NCBI RefSeq assembly: GCF_963921235.1
Contig: NC_086097.1
Location: 111,664,001-111,728,000, forward strand
DNA from: Mobula hypostoma
Taxonomy: Eukaryota
Direction: 5' to 3'
Length of the DNA: 64,000 bases
Made by a program: the position numbers and the translations under genes. How positions within the stretch are numbered: the first letter of the stretch is position 1; each line of letters opens with the position of its first letter. Shown here piece after piece: positions 36,776 to 49,714 of the stretch. The notes beneath the pieces are model-generated. The model ran no database searches. It was not told the DNA's origin and saw only the letters and a program-made list of their open reading frames with translations.

Positions 36776-37640
36776 GGAATCAGAATCAGATTTAATATCA
36801 CCAACATCTGTTGTGAAATATGTTGATCTTACAGCAGCAATACAATGAAATATATGATAAAAAACTGAGTTACATTAAGTATATACTTTTCTATTAATTA
36901 GTTAAGTTAAATGAAGTAGTGCAAAATAACAGAAATAAAAAAGTATATGTAGTATTCATAGGTACTATGTCCATTTAGAAATTAGATGGCAGAGGGGAAG
37001 AAGCTGTTCCTGAATCGCTGAGTGTGTGCCTTCAGGCTTCTGATCTCCTGCCTGATGGTAACAGTGTGAAGAGGGCATGCCCTGGGTGGCGGGGATCCTT
37101 AATGATGGTGTCACCATTCTAATGCACCACTCCTTGAAGATGCCTTGGTGCCTTGGATTCTTTGGAGGTTGTTACCCATGATATATCTGACTAACTTTAC
37201 AAGTTTCTGCAACTTATGTTCATTTTGAACAATAGCCACCAGACAGTGATGCAGCCAGTCAGAATGCTCTCCATGGTACACTTGCAGAAGTTTTCAAGTG
37301 TTTTGGTCTACAGGCCAAATACCCCCAAATTCCTTATGAAACATAGCCACTGTCTTGACTTATTTATAGCTGCATCAATATGTTGCGATCAGGTTAGGTC
37401 TTCGGAAATATTGACACTTAGGGACTTGAATTTGCTCACTCTCTCCACTTCTGATCCCTCTATGAGGATTGGTTTCTGTCCCCTTGTATTATCCTTCCTG
37501 AAGTCCACAATCCTCTCTTTTGTCTTGCTGATGTTGAGGGCAAGGTTGCTGCGACACCACTCAACAAACTGGTATATCTTGCTCCTGTATGCCCTTTCGT
37601 GATCCTCTGAAATTCTGCCAACAATGGTTGAATGAATGAA
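36776..37640 (-). mobile_element. Rex1/Babar-type LINE 3' fragment
   Basis: (GAATCA)n tail at the left end. Reverse-strand CRSNLALNISKTKE region near 37520-37560. Confidence 0.8.
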
Positions 37641-38115
37641 AAATATTGTAAAAGCTTGAGTGCTATGTAATGAATCAGATTTGATGAGGGAGCTTAAGGT
37701 AAAGGAACCTTTAGGAGGCAGTGATCATAATATGATAGAATTCACCCTGCAGTTTGAGAGGGAGAAGATGAAGTCAGATATATCTGTATTACAGTAGTGT
37801 AAAGGGAATTACAGAGGCATGAGAGAGGAGCTGTCCAAAGTCAATTGGATTGGGACATTAACAGGGATGAAGGTAGAACTGCAGCAATGGCTGCAGTTTC
37901 TGAGAGCAAATTCGGAAGGCGCAGGATAGATACATACCAAAGAAGAAATATTCTAAAGGGAGGATGAAGTAACCATGGCTGACAAGGGAAGTAAAGACAG
38001 CATAAAAGCAAAAGAAAGACTATACAATGCAGCAAATATTAGTGGGAATTTAGAGGATTGGGAAGCTTTTGAAAAGCACCGGTAGGCAATATAGAGAGAA
38101 AAAGTGAAATATGAA

Positions 38116-38156
38116 AGTAAGCTACCTAATAATATAAAAGAGGTTACAAAATGTTT

Positions 38157-38250
<94 letters not shown>

Positions 38251-38348
38251 GAAAAAACATTTTGTAACCTCTTTTATATTATTAGGTAGCTTACTAAGTT
38301 CATCTGCCATTTCATATATATATATATATGAAATGGCAGATGAACTTA
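38116..38348. repeat. Two adjacent palindromes (38116-38295 and 38295-38348) with (CA)n/(TG)n and (TA)n centres
   Basis: The non-microsatellite arms are exact reverse complements. Confidence 0.95.
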
Positions 38349-39162
38349 CTGAGTATTTTGTGTCAGGCTTCACTGGGAAGATACGAGCAGATTGCCATAA
38401 TTTCAAGAGGTCAGAAGGCAGAAGTGAGTGTAATTGCTTGGAGAAGGTGCTTGGAAAGCTGAAAAGGTTGAAGGTAGGTAAGCCACCTGGACCATGTGGA
38501 CTACATGCCAGGTTTCTGAAAGAGGTAGCTGAAGAGATCGTGGAACCATTATTAGGAATCAGTAAGTTCTGAAGTAGTTCAGTGGTTGGAAAGATATTGG
38601 AGTTCATTATTAAAGATGACATTTCAGGGTACTTAGAAGCAGATGATAAAATGGGCCAAAGTCAGCCAGGTTTCCTTCAGGGGAAATCATGCCTGAGAAA
38701 TCTATTTGAATTCTTTGAGGAAATAACAGACAGGATAGGCAAAGGAGAGTCAGTTGATGCTATTTACGTGAATCTTCAGAAGGCCTTTGATAAGGCACAT
38801 TAGGCTGCCAAACAAGAAAAGAACCTGTATTACAGGAAAGATACTAGCATGGACAGTATGTGCTGGATTGTAACTAAATGTGCTGTATGTGACTATATGT
38901 ACTGTGTTCTGTACCTTAGCCCCCAGAGGAACAATATTTTGTTCAGCTGTATACATGCATTTGGTTTAATGACAATAAACTTGTACTTGAACTTGAAATA
39001 ATTGTGATTTAGAAACAAGCCACATTCCTAGAGTTCGTGTGCATTTTAATATGTAGACTTAGGGACACAGAGTATGGAAATGGGCTCTTCAGCCTCACTG
39101 GTTCACCACAGCCAAGCTGCTCTCATTTCCCCACATTTAACCCATACCATACTTCTTTCACC

Positions 39163-39245
39163 CAGGGGTTCCCAACCTGCGGTCCACAGAACCCCAGGTT
39201 AATGGTAGGGGTTCCATGGCAAAAATAAAAGGTTGTGAACCCCTG
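39163..39245. mobile_element. Small hAT-type MITE
   Basis: TIRs CAGGGGTTCCCAACC and GGTTGTGAACCCCTG. The 8-bp flanks match only 5/8. Confidence 0.65.
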
Positions 39246-40242
39246 CTCTAAACCTTTCCTTTACACCATTCTGGACAGGATGGATTGACAGGCGGAGAAC
39301 ACCAGAGACGCTGACCATAGATAATTAGAAACTTTTTGATTCCTATCTCAATTTGGGATTGGAAAGCTCCTGTACAATGACCCAGGAGTCCCCATGATCC
39401 ATTGGTGAGCACACGAGCATCCTCTAACAGCCACGCTCCTAATCGTTGCTACTTTGACTTGAAATGAAGAAAGAGATTAGGGTGATTGAGGATTTGTGGG
39501 AGTGGGGGCGAGTGGGTGAGGTGAATATGGGTTTTGAGGGCAGTAATCAGGGAATGTGTGTGTGATTTAGTGGGGACATGTAAATGTAAAAGGGACATCA
39601 GGGCCAGCTTCTTCATACAAGGGATGGTCTGCATTTGGAATGAGTTGCCAGAAATAATGGTTGAGGGGGTGTGGGATTTCTGTGATTTTTCTGATCCCCG
39701 AGTTCTTTTAGTAGTCCAAGAATGAGTGAACACTTGTTGCTTCACTATCATTTACTTTAAAGTTTAAATGAAGAAACAGATACAGAGTACATGAAACTGA
39801 GTGAGGCTTCGAGAAACAAAGATACAAAGAAGAAGATGGTGCCTTTGCAAAACCTGGCACTTTTGTACTTATGTTAAGACAAAATCTTGAGACAAGAGGG
39901 AACCAATCACAAGTTACACAATAACAGCACAGATGTAATGTACTACCACAGCCAATGAAAAATGAAGAGATGACAGACTATTATGCAACTGCTATACCAC
40001 ATGTCCATCAGAAGGTGGAGACAAACACCACACATTCTGAAAATACACAAGTTTGTTAAAAATACAAATAGTGTGTCAGTAAAACTATGACTTTATTCTT
40101 GCATTAATTCAAGTGATATCTTATTAAAAGCATAAACAACAACTGATTCCAATAGCAGCATTTAAAAGCCACACAGATAAGCAGATGGATTGGAGAGGTT
40201 TACAGAGCTGCAGACTAAATGCAGGCAGGTAGGAACTAATGA

Positions 40243-42371
40243 CACACATCAAAGTTGCTGGTGAACGCAGCAGGCCAGGCAGCATCTCTAGGAAGAGGTA
40301 CAGTCGACGTTTCAGGCCGAGACCCTTCATCAGGACTAACTGAAGGAAGAGTGAGTAAGGGATTTGAAAGTGGGAGGGGGAGGGGGAGATCCAAAATGAT
40401 AGGAGAAGACAGGAGGGGGAGGGATGGAGCCAAGAGCTAGACAGGTGATTGGCAAAAGGGATACGAGAGGATCATGGGACAGGAGGTCCGGGAAGAAAGA
40501 CAAGTGCGGAGGGGGGGGGGAACCCAGACGATGGGCAAGGGGTATATTCAGAGGGACAGAGGGAGAAAAAGGAGAGTGAGAGAAAGAATGTGTGTATAAA
40601 AATAAGTAACAGATGGGGTACGAGGGGGAGGTGGGGCCTAGCGGAAGTTAGAGAAGTCGATGTTCATGCCATCAGGTTGGAGGCCACCCAGACGGAATAT
40701 GTGTTGTTGCTCCAACCTGAGTGTGGCTTCATCTTTACAGTAGAGGAGGCCGTGGATAGACATGTCAGAATGGGAATGGGATGTGGAATTAAAATGTGTG
40801 GCAACTGGGAGATCCTGCTTTCTCTGGCGGACAGAGCGTAGATGTTCAGCAAAGCGGTCTCCCAGTCTGCGTTGGGTCTCGCCAATGTATAGAAGGCCAC
40901 ATCGGGAGCACCGGACACAGTATATCACCCCAGCCGACTCACAGGTGAAGCGTCGCCTCACCTGGGAGGACTGTTTGGGGCCCTGAATGGTGGTAAGGGA
41001 GGAAATGTAAGGGCATGTGCAGCACTTGTTCCGCTTACACGGATAAGTGCCAGGACGGAGATCAGTGGGGAGGGATGGGGGGGGACGAATGGACAAGGGA
41101 GTCGCATAGGGAGCGATCCCTGCGGAAAGCGGGGGGGGGAGGGAAAGATGTGCTTAGTGGTGGGATCCCGTTGGAGGTGGCGGAAATTACGGAGAATAAT
41201 ATGTTGGACCCGGAGGCTGGTGGGGTGGTAGGTGAGGACCAGGGGAACCCTATTCCTAGTGGGGTGGTGGGAGGATGGAGTGAGAGAGGATGTACGTGAA
41301 ATGGGGGAGATGCGTTTAAGAGCAGAGTTGATAGTGGAGGAAGGGAAGCCCCTTTCTTTAAAAAAGGAGGACATCTCCCTTGTCCTAGAATGAAAAGCCT
41401 CATCCTGAGAGCAGATGCGGCGGAGACGGAGGAATTGCGAGAAGAGGATGGCGTTTTTGCAAGAGACAGGGCGAGAAGAGGAATAATCCAGATAGCTGTG
41501 AGAGTCAGTAGGCTTATAGTAGATATCAGTGGATAAGCTGTCTCCAGAGACTGAGACAGAAAGATCTAGAAAGGGGAGGGAGGTGTCCGAAATGGACCAG
41601 GTAAACTTGAGGGCAGGGTGAAAGTTGGAGGCAAAGTTAATAAAGTCAATGAGCTCTGCATGCGTGCAGGAAGCAGCGCCAATGCAGTCGTCGATGTAGC
41701 GAAGGAAAAGTGGGGGACCAGAATACCCAGAATAGGCACGGAGCATAGATTGTTCCACAAAGCCAACAAAAAGGCAGGCATAGCTAGGACCCATACGGGT
41801 GCCCATAGCTACACCTTTAGTTTGGAGGAAGTGGGAGGAGCCAAAGGAGAAATTATTAAGAGTAAGGACTAATTCCGCTAGACGGAGCAGAGTGGTGGTA
41901 GAGGGGAACTGATTGGGTCTGGAATCCAAAAAGAAGCGTAGAGCTTTGAGACCTTCCTGATGGGGGATGGAAGTATATAGGGACTGGACATCCATAGTGA
42001 AAATATAGCGGTGGGGGCCAGGGAACTTAAAATCATCGAAAAGTTTAAGAGCGTGAGAAGTGTCACGAACATAGGTCGGAAGGGATTGAACAAGGGGGGA
42101 TAAAACCATGTCGAGGTATGCAGAAGTGAGTTCGGTGGGGCAGGAGCAAGCTGAGACAATAGGTCTGCCAGGATAGGCAGGTTTGTGGATCTTGGGTAGG
42201 ATGTAGAAATGGGAAATATGAGGTGTGGGAACTATAAGGTTGGTAGCAGTGGATGGGAGATCCCCTGAGTGGATAAAGTCAGTGATGGTGTGGGAGACAA
42301 TGGCCTCGTGCTCCTTAGTGGGGTCACGATTGAGGGGTAAATAAGAGGAGGTATCCGCGAGTTCTCGCTGT
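40243..42371 (-). mobile_element. Penelope-like retroelement, 5'-truncated (RT, GIY-YIG endonuclease, pLTR)
   Basis: RT LPKIHK, RPIVS, MDVQSLYT, QTKGVAMG, RYIDD. Frameshifted endonuclease VIYCVRCSRCGLLYIGETQRRLGDRFAEH. TSD GGAACTAATGA (40232-40242 and 42372-42382). Confidence 0.97.
40302..40337 (-). ncRNA. Minimal hammerhead ribozyme motif in the Penelope pLTR
   Basis: AGUC-CUGAUGA-AGGGUCUCGGCCU-GAAAC-GUC-GACU: full core, helix I AGUC/GACU, short helix II, loop-less palindromic ACGU helix III. Confidence 0.75.
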
Positions 42372-42382
42372 GGAACTAATGA

Positions 42383-42855
42383 GATGTCCTCCTTCTTCAA
42401 AGAAAGGGGCTTTCCTTCTTCCACTATCAACGTTGTTCTCATCTACATCACTTCCATTTCATGCACGTCTGCCCTCACCCTATCCACCTGTCACCGCGCC
42501 GGGGACAGGGTTCCCTTTGCCCTCACCCCGTCTGCCCGCCACCGCGCCGGGGACAGGGTTCCCTTTGCCCTCACCCCGTCCACCCACCACCGCTCCGGGG
42601 ACAGGGTTCCCTTTGCCCTCACCCTATCAGCATCTGTGTCTAGCACATAATTCTCTGTAACTTCTGCCATCTCCAATGAGATCCCACCACCCTTCTTCCC
42701 TCCTCACCGCCGCCCCCCCCCCGTTTCCACTTTCCGCAGGGATCGTTTCCTATGTGACTTCATTCTCCCCACTGATCTCCGTCCTGGCATTTATTTTTGC
42801 AAGTGGAACAAATGCAACAGCTGCCCCTGCATCTCCTCGCTCACTATCATTAAGG
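42383..42855 (+). mobile_element. Older Penelope-like fragment; its 3' part resumes at about 43420-43690
   Basis: MSSFFKERGFPSSTIN is identical to the neighbouring element. An old pLTR-like end lies at about 43614-43685. Confidence 0.8.
42471..42628. repeat. 48-bp minisatellite, 3.3 copies
   Basis: GCCCTCACCC...GGGGACAGGGTTCCCTTT units start at 42471, 42519, 42567 and 42615. Confidence 0.95.
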
Positions 42856-43929
42856 GAATATGCATCCCCAACTCACCTGTGTCATTTTTGTCATGACCGT
42901 AGCAACAATATACACTGAGGAATGGAAAATGAAATTCTAATTTTATGTTCAATCCCACATTGTGAAGGATCCCAAACACAGAAGTGGATTACAATAGCAT
43001 GAAGACACTGATAACTCTGACTGGGCAGAAATTACCACATTGTTTTAGACATGGATTGACATTATATTGTAGTGAGAAAATGACATTGTGTGCTGCCTAG
43101 CAAATACAGGTGGTCTGAGAAAACTTGGCCTGACATAGAACTCAGAAAAATGAGAAATTATCTAAATGAGATATAAAAGATTCTGATAAGATTCTGGAGA
43201 CAGGGAGTAGAGCATCTATAACTACAGAGCATAGGTATGATGATTTTGTGAGAAAGATAAGGAAAATTGTCCTTACCTTTATGAAGGTGCAGCTGTTCTT
43301 TCACTGAGTATATTTAAGGCTGACACTGATAGATGTTTGGACACTGAAGAGATCAGGAATGTGGTTGGTGATCAAGTTTGAAAATCAGCTTGCAGCACAG
43401 GAATTTCTATGATTGTACTGAATTCCTCCTTCAATCTTTTGCCTTTTCCACCTATCGCCTCCCAGCTTCTCATGTTACCCCCTCCCCCAACCCCCACCTT
43501 CTCCCTCTCTCGGCTTCATCTATCACCTGCCAGCTTCTATTTCTTCCCCCTCCCTACCTTCTTATTCTGGCTCCTTCTCCCTTCTTTTCCAATCCTCGTC
43601 CATCTATCTCCGTGGATGCTTCCTGACCTGCTGAGTTCCTCCAGCCTTTTGTACGTGGTCCCCTGGATTTACAACATCTGCATCGCTTGTATTTAATACT
43701 CCAACACAGTGTTAATTCAATTCAGTTTATATTTATATAACAGCAACATTATCCTTGTATACAGCAACACTGAAAATATTTCAACTGTTTCATAGTACCC
43801 TGAAAGAAATATGTTATGTTTCGTTTTTTAACTCCAAAATGTGTCGACTTCATTCTTACTTTAGTGAGGCATGCACTTACACACTGGCTGTGTGGTTAAA
43901 AAAAAAGCACAACAGTATCTCTTCCACCT

Positions 43930-44497
43930 TCAGCATGAGCCCCCAAATCCTCAAGACCTTCTACAGGGGCACTATTGAGAGCATCCCGACTGGCTGTATC
44001 ACCGCCTGGTACGGGAACTGCACCAACCTTGATCGCTGGGCACTGCAGAGAGTGGTACGGACAGCCCAGTGCATCTGTAGATGTGAACCAACCTCCATTG
44101 AGGACATTTACAGCAGCAGGTGCGTAAAGAAGGCCTGGAAGATCATCAGGGACACCAGTCACCCCAACCATCAACTGTTTCTCTAGGGATCTCTAGGGTC
44201 CTAGAGATGCTGCCTGGCCTGCTGCGTTCACCAGCAACTTTTATGTGTGTTGCTTGAAATTCCAGCATCTGTAGATTTCCTCGTGTTTGCATAAACTGTT
44301 TCAGCTGCTTCCATCTGGCAAACAGTAATGCAGCATTAAAGCCAGGAACAAAAGGCTATGGGACAGCTTCTTTCTACAAGCAATTAGATTTATAAATTCA
44401 CATGTCTGTACATTGCGACAGAGTCATAACACAAAATGTTTTACTCCCTCATGTTGTGGGATGGATATAAGATTTAAATAAATAAATTCAATTAAAT
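43930..44497 (+). mobile_element. Rex1/Babar 3' fragment inside the Gypsy LTR
   Basis: ILKTFYRGTIESIPTGCITAWYG...LQRVVRTAQ. Confidence 0.85.
44182..44289 (+). mobile_element. Very short Penelope pLTR and tail insert
   Basis: CCTAGAGATGCTGCC...GTGTTTG. TSD CAT(C/A)AACTGTTTC (44169-44181 and 44290-44302). Confidence 0.85.
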
Positions 44498-44695
44498 TAT
44501 GATGTGGTGGTGTAATGACATATGGCATTCATGTACTTCATACATATAACCTGTAATAAATTATGTAAACAACCAAATAATGTTTATTCAAACAATATAT
44601 TTACAATATTCCTCAAGCATTACCCTGAAATATTAAAAACTCAACACTCCTCCCTGTTTAGTAGAGAATGGGTCTCAACTTGTATACATATTATA

Positions 44696-45579
44696 CAGTG
44701 CCTGTAAGAAGTATTCACCTCCCCCACTGGAAGTTTTCATGTTTTATTGCTTTATAACATTGAATCAGTGGATTTAATTTGGCTTTTTTGACACTGACCA
44801 AAAGAAAAGAGTCTTTTGTGTCAAAATGAAAACAATTTTCTATAAATTGGCCTCAATCTATTACAATTATTGAACACAGAAAATTGATTGCATAATTACT
44901 CACCTCTCCCATAAAGCTGCGACGGGTGAAGTATGCAGGCAACAGTTGGTGTACCTGCAGTCTCTCTCATCTCGGCCACTCAAGCTTGTAACTCCTCCAG
45001 AGTTATCATAGGTCTCTCGGTGGCCTCCCTCACTAGTCCTCTTCTTGCATGGTCATTCTGTTTTTGAGGATGGCCTGTTCAAGGCAGATTTGCAGCTGTG
45101 CAATATTCTTTCTATTTCTTGATGATTGACTTAACTGTACTCCAAGGGATATACAGCGACTTCAAAATTTACTTGTATCCATCTCCTGACATGTTTTTCA
45201 ATAACCTTTTTGTAGAGTTGCTTGGAGTGTTCTTTTGTCTTCATGGTGTAGTTTTTGCCAGGATACTGACTCACCAGCAATTGGACCTTCCAGATACAGA
45301 TGTATATTTACTACAATCAATTGAAACACTTTGACTGTGCACAGATTGTCCATTCGACAAATTATGTGACTTCTAAAACCAGTGTTGACTCGGTGCGTCA
45401 TATTAAAGGAGGTAAATACTTATGCAATCAATTATTTTGTTATACGTTTGTAATTAATTAATATTTTTCTGTTGATCAGTGTCAAAAAGCCAAATTAAAT
45501 CCACTGTGATTCAAGGTTTCAAAACAATAAAAATAAAAAAAATTCCAAGGGTGGTGGTGAATACTTTTTAGAGGCATCG
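44696..45579 (-). mobile_element. Internally deleted Tc1-like element
   Basis: TA|CAGTGCCTG start and long TIRs. Homologous to 13963-20442. Confidence 0.85.
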
Positions 45580-48500
45580 CATGCATAATAAATGTCCCAT
45601 TCAGGCTAAAGATTTAATTGCCGTGGAGGATTTCTTACTCTTATGGGATACAGTCTTTCCTGACTGGGTGGGGGTGTGGTGCCACTCTGCTTGGCGGGAG
45701 AGACTTGTTGCTGCGAAACAATCTCAGGTTCCAAGGACTCCTCCAGATTGTTTGTAAGACTTGACTCTGCGTCTGTTGGAAGTGGTCCTGACAGCTCTAG
45801 ACACCTTTCTTCTCTAACAGTTGAGAGTCAATTGCTGTCCTAAACTGATCAATGTCAGATGTATTTTCCACTGTGTGGGAGAGTGGTCCATTTCTGTCCT
45901 TCATCTTTCTAAGTAACCACTTTTGATCACCCCTGTAGTCTCTCTTGTCCGGGAGTGAAACAGCGAACCTCTTGTTTGAGGAGCCCTCAATTTGTCTCAG
46001 CTGTTTGTACGGCATACGCATTCTGAGATTGGGTTTGAGAGATCCAAGTGTGAACACAAGGAAAGACCCAGGAACAGCACAGCTGGTGAGTTGTTGGTTG
46101 TGGAATGTGCTGTATTGTGATTTGCAAGGAGAAAATTGGCAAGCTTCTGATTCAGTGTGATTCTTTCTTTAAACTCTGGACTAACATTTTCACCAAGCCA
46201 TTTGTACCTGGGTGGTACAGTGCAGATGTTATATGTCTTATTCCATTCATTTTCAGGAAGAACTGAAGCTATTGAACAACAAACTGTTGTTCATTGTCGC
46301 TGACTAAGTGTTCTGAAGCACCAATCTTTGAGAAGAGGCTCCTGAACGCATCAACAGTGTGCAAGGCTGTAGTGGAGGCTAGTGTATTGTAGTGGACCAC
46401 TTCTGCCCAATTTGGAGCTGCATCCACTATTACCAAGAAATTTGTGCACATGGACGTTTGGCAAAATCTACATGAAACCTCTGACAGGGATGGAGAGGCC
46501 CTGTTCTTGGTATCTTCTGGATGTGTTGGCATCCCAGAAAGTGCATGGAGAGTTGTTTGATCTGCTGATCTGTCCCAGGCCACCAAACAAACCTTTGAGC
46601 CAGTACTTTCATTTTGCCTATGCCTAGATAACTGGCATGCATGGTAGCTCATCCAACACGTTAGCTCTCAGGTTGAATAGTACAACAATCTCAATCCCCA
46701 CATAAGGCGACCCTCATTAAGGGCAAGTTCGTCCCGTGCCGGTAAAAATGGGGAACCTAGGAACTCTGCTGCACATTCCAGCCATATAGTACTGACTTCT
46801 AGACCAGAGAAAGTGTGGGCTCTTTTCTGGTATTTCCTTTTCCAAGGGTAAATTGGACAGACCATCAGCATTTCCATGATTAGTCACCCTCGCGAATTCA
46901 ATCTTGCAATTGTGTCCTCCAAGAAACGGAGCCCATCTCTGCAGCTGAGCTGCCACTGTTACTGGAACACCCTTCTGAGGATTGAAGTTGGACACTAGAG
47001 GCTGTTGATCAGTAATGGTGGTAAACCCTGTTCCATACCAGTACTGGTTGAAACATCTTACACGCCAGACTGGACTCCAGGCCTCTCTGTCAATCTGGGC
47101 ATAAATTTTCTCTGCAACGGTAGGGTAAGGGAACGTGATGCAAAGACTACGGGGCATTCATTTCCATCACTCATAACATGTGACATAACTGCACCTATAC
47201 CATAAGGCAAGGCATCATGGACAAGTTTCACTGTACGATGTGGCTCGTAATATGTGAATATAGTGTCTGCTGTCACCATTTCCTTCACCTTTTGGAAAGT
47301 CACTTCACGGTGCCATTGCCTTTTCTTCCCAATCTGTTGTAATGAGTTCAAGGGGTGGAGTACAGTAACCAACTTGGACAGGAACCTGTTATAGTAATAG
47401 ACAAATCCTAAAAAGGACCACAACTGTGACACAACATTTGGCCTTGGGCATCATCACTGCCTGAATTTTCTCTGCACACTTGTTTAATCCTTGTGCATCA
47501 ATCATATGACCACAGTAAGTGATGCTTGGTTTGAAGAATTCACACTGTCACATTGTGCTCTGAACCCATAACCTTCTAATCTTTTTAACAATATCTTGCG
47601 ATTTGGATATCCTTGTCATTCTTATTGGTAACAATGATATCATCTAGTATGTGGGCAGCTTTGCTGTCAATCTGTGTGTAATTTTTCTCTGCAGTGATAA
47701 GAGAACATTATGCAAGGCTTAATGCTTAAGGCTTATGCGGCGTTCAGTTCCATCCCTCAGAACATGTGACATGGCTGTGCCAGCATCATAAGGCAATACA
47801 TCACAGACAAGCTTCACTGGACGATGTGGATGATAACATGTGAGTACAGTGTCTGAAATAACCATTTACTTTGTCTTTTGGAAAGCCAGGTGCAGATGCT
47901 AAACCAAACATAAGCTTATTATAGCAATAAAGTCCTTCGTGAGTTTATTCTGTGTGAAGCACTATGGTTGCTTCTTCCATCTACATCTGTAGGTGGGCCT
48001 CAGCCATTCACTTTGCTGAGATGTTTTCCTTCAGAAAGGTTGCAAAAGTATCCTCGATCCTGCGTAGAGGATATTGATCAACTTTCAGTTCTGGGATGAT
48101 GGTGACCTTAATATCAGCACAGATCCTAACAGACTCATTCCCCTTGGCTAGGGGACCACTGGTGTTAACCATGGCCTCCACTCAATCTTGGAAATAATTC
48201 CTTCAGCCTCCATGCCATCTAGTTCACTGGCTACTTTATCATGGATGGTGTAAGGAATTGGACAGCCTTTGTAAACCTTGGGTGCGGAATTTTCATTTAA
48301 CACTATTTTACCCTTGATATGTTTGAGTTTTCCAATGCCATCCTTGAATACTGCTCTGGCATCATCCAGTATCTTTCTCAATTCATCTTCAGTTGACTCT
48401 ATTGCAAGGGATGTAGCATGCAAATAGTGAATGGATCTCTAATCAAAATGTAGTTGTCTCAGCTAATCATGGCCCCACAATGCTGGCCCTCCTGTTTTTA

Positions 48501-49714
48501 CCACAGACAAGCCCAATGTAGTTTGTTGATCATTGTATTTCACTGTTGCAAATGTCATTTCCACAGAAATTATCTTTACTCCAGTAAAGTTCTTAGTTCG
48601 GTATCTGCAGGCTTCAGTTTAGTATATTTGAAGATGTTCAAACTCATTTTGTGCATTGACTGGAGCAGCTGAGTCAGTCTCCATTTCCATTTTAATTCAT
48701 TTGCTGTTCACTGCAGGTGTAACCCAAATTACTTGTTTATTGTTAGTTTTCACATTGTAACTCTCAAGGCTACTCAGTCCTGAGTTACTCTATGATTATT
48801 ATCACCCAGTATTCTCTGTTTATGACCCCGTGAATTTAGTCCATTTTCTCCCTTCCTTTTTTACCTCAACCATGTCTGTCCTTTCCTGAAGAAGTACATG
48901 TTAAACTACTTTTTCCAAAACTCGAACATCTTGCTGCACTTTAACATATGGGTAGTCGTTCTGTGTTTGTTCAAAACTTATTCATCACCACTATTATGTT
49001 TTGTAACTCCAAAACTTAAAACTAATCAAAATAAAAACAAGGGATCCCAAGAGATGCGTGTGTTAGTTTATTTCATTTTATACTTTAATCGAGGCTAATG
49101 CATATGACGTGATGGTGTGATAACACATGCTATTCACGTACTTTTACATATAACCTATATTAATTATGTAAACAACAAGGACTGCTTAATCAAACAATAT
49201 TTTTACAATATTACTCAAATATCATTGAAATATTTACACTTTATCTTAGAAAAGATGCATTGGCATTGGATAGGGTCCAGAGAAGTTGCAGGAGAACATT
49301 GGAGAAGCATTTGATGGCCCTGGGCCAGTAGTCATTGTAATTTACAAGAAGAAGAAGAAACCTTATTTAAATCTATTGAATTTTGAAAGGCCTTGATGGA
49401 GTGGAATGGATGGAATGATGGATATTTCCTGTGGTGGGGACTCTAGGACCAGAGGGCACAGTCTCACAACAGAGATGAGGAGGAATTTCTTTAGGAGGAC
49501 GGTTATAAATCTATGGCATTCTTTGCCATAGACGGTTGTAGAGGGCAGGTCATTAGGTATACTTAAGGTGGAGGTTGATAGGTTCTTGATTGTAAGAGTG
49601 TCAAAGGTTACGGGGAGAAGACAGGAGAATAGGGTTGAGAGGATAATAAATCAGCCTTGATCAAATGGCAGAGCAGACAATGAGCGAATGGCCTAAAATC
49701 TGCTCCTGTGTCTT

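Larger units (their letters stand above)
34800..38870 (+). mobile_element. Old CR1 LINE (5' UTR, ORF1 Zn-finger/zipper/SGNH, ORF2) with nested insertions
   Basis: VVCSSCEMW..NYICMQCIELQLLRDCVKELELQLDEL (ORF1). APE and RT remnants extend to NLQKAFDK (38582-38803). Confidence 0.8.
43812..49238 (-). mobile_element. Old Gypsy element (Mag-like), gag largely deleted, with nested Rex1, pLTR and Tc1
   Basis: AT-rich LTRs (43812-43877 plus 44498-44646, and 48992-49238), PPT AAACAGGGAGGAG, decayed PBS TGGTGATGAAT. SFLGFVYYYNRF, DALPYGIGAV, HGNADGLS, VWWPG and LVSDN motifs. Confidence 0.85.

Noticed and set aside
39670..40032. Possible solo LTR (TGTGG...CCACA)
   Set aside because: No TSD at either candidate end (40001 or 40032) and no second copy in the window.
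40958..42442. 494-aa ORF as an intact active gene or a telomerase-like RT
   Set aside because: Its first ~23 codons come from the flanking older copy, the element is 5'-truncated, and the endonuclease is out of frame.
42471..42628. Possible CRISPR-like arrays (also 60557-60668)
   Set aside because: The units are contiguous with no unique spacers, there are no cas genes, and the context is vertebrate.
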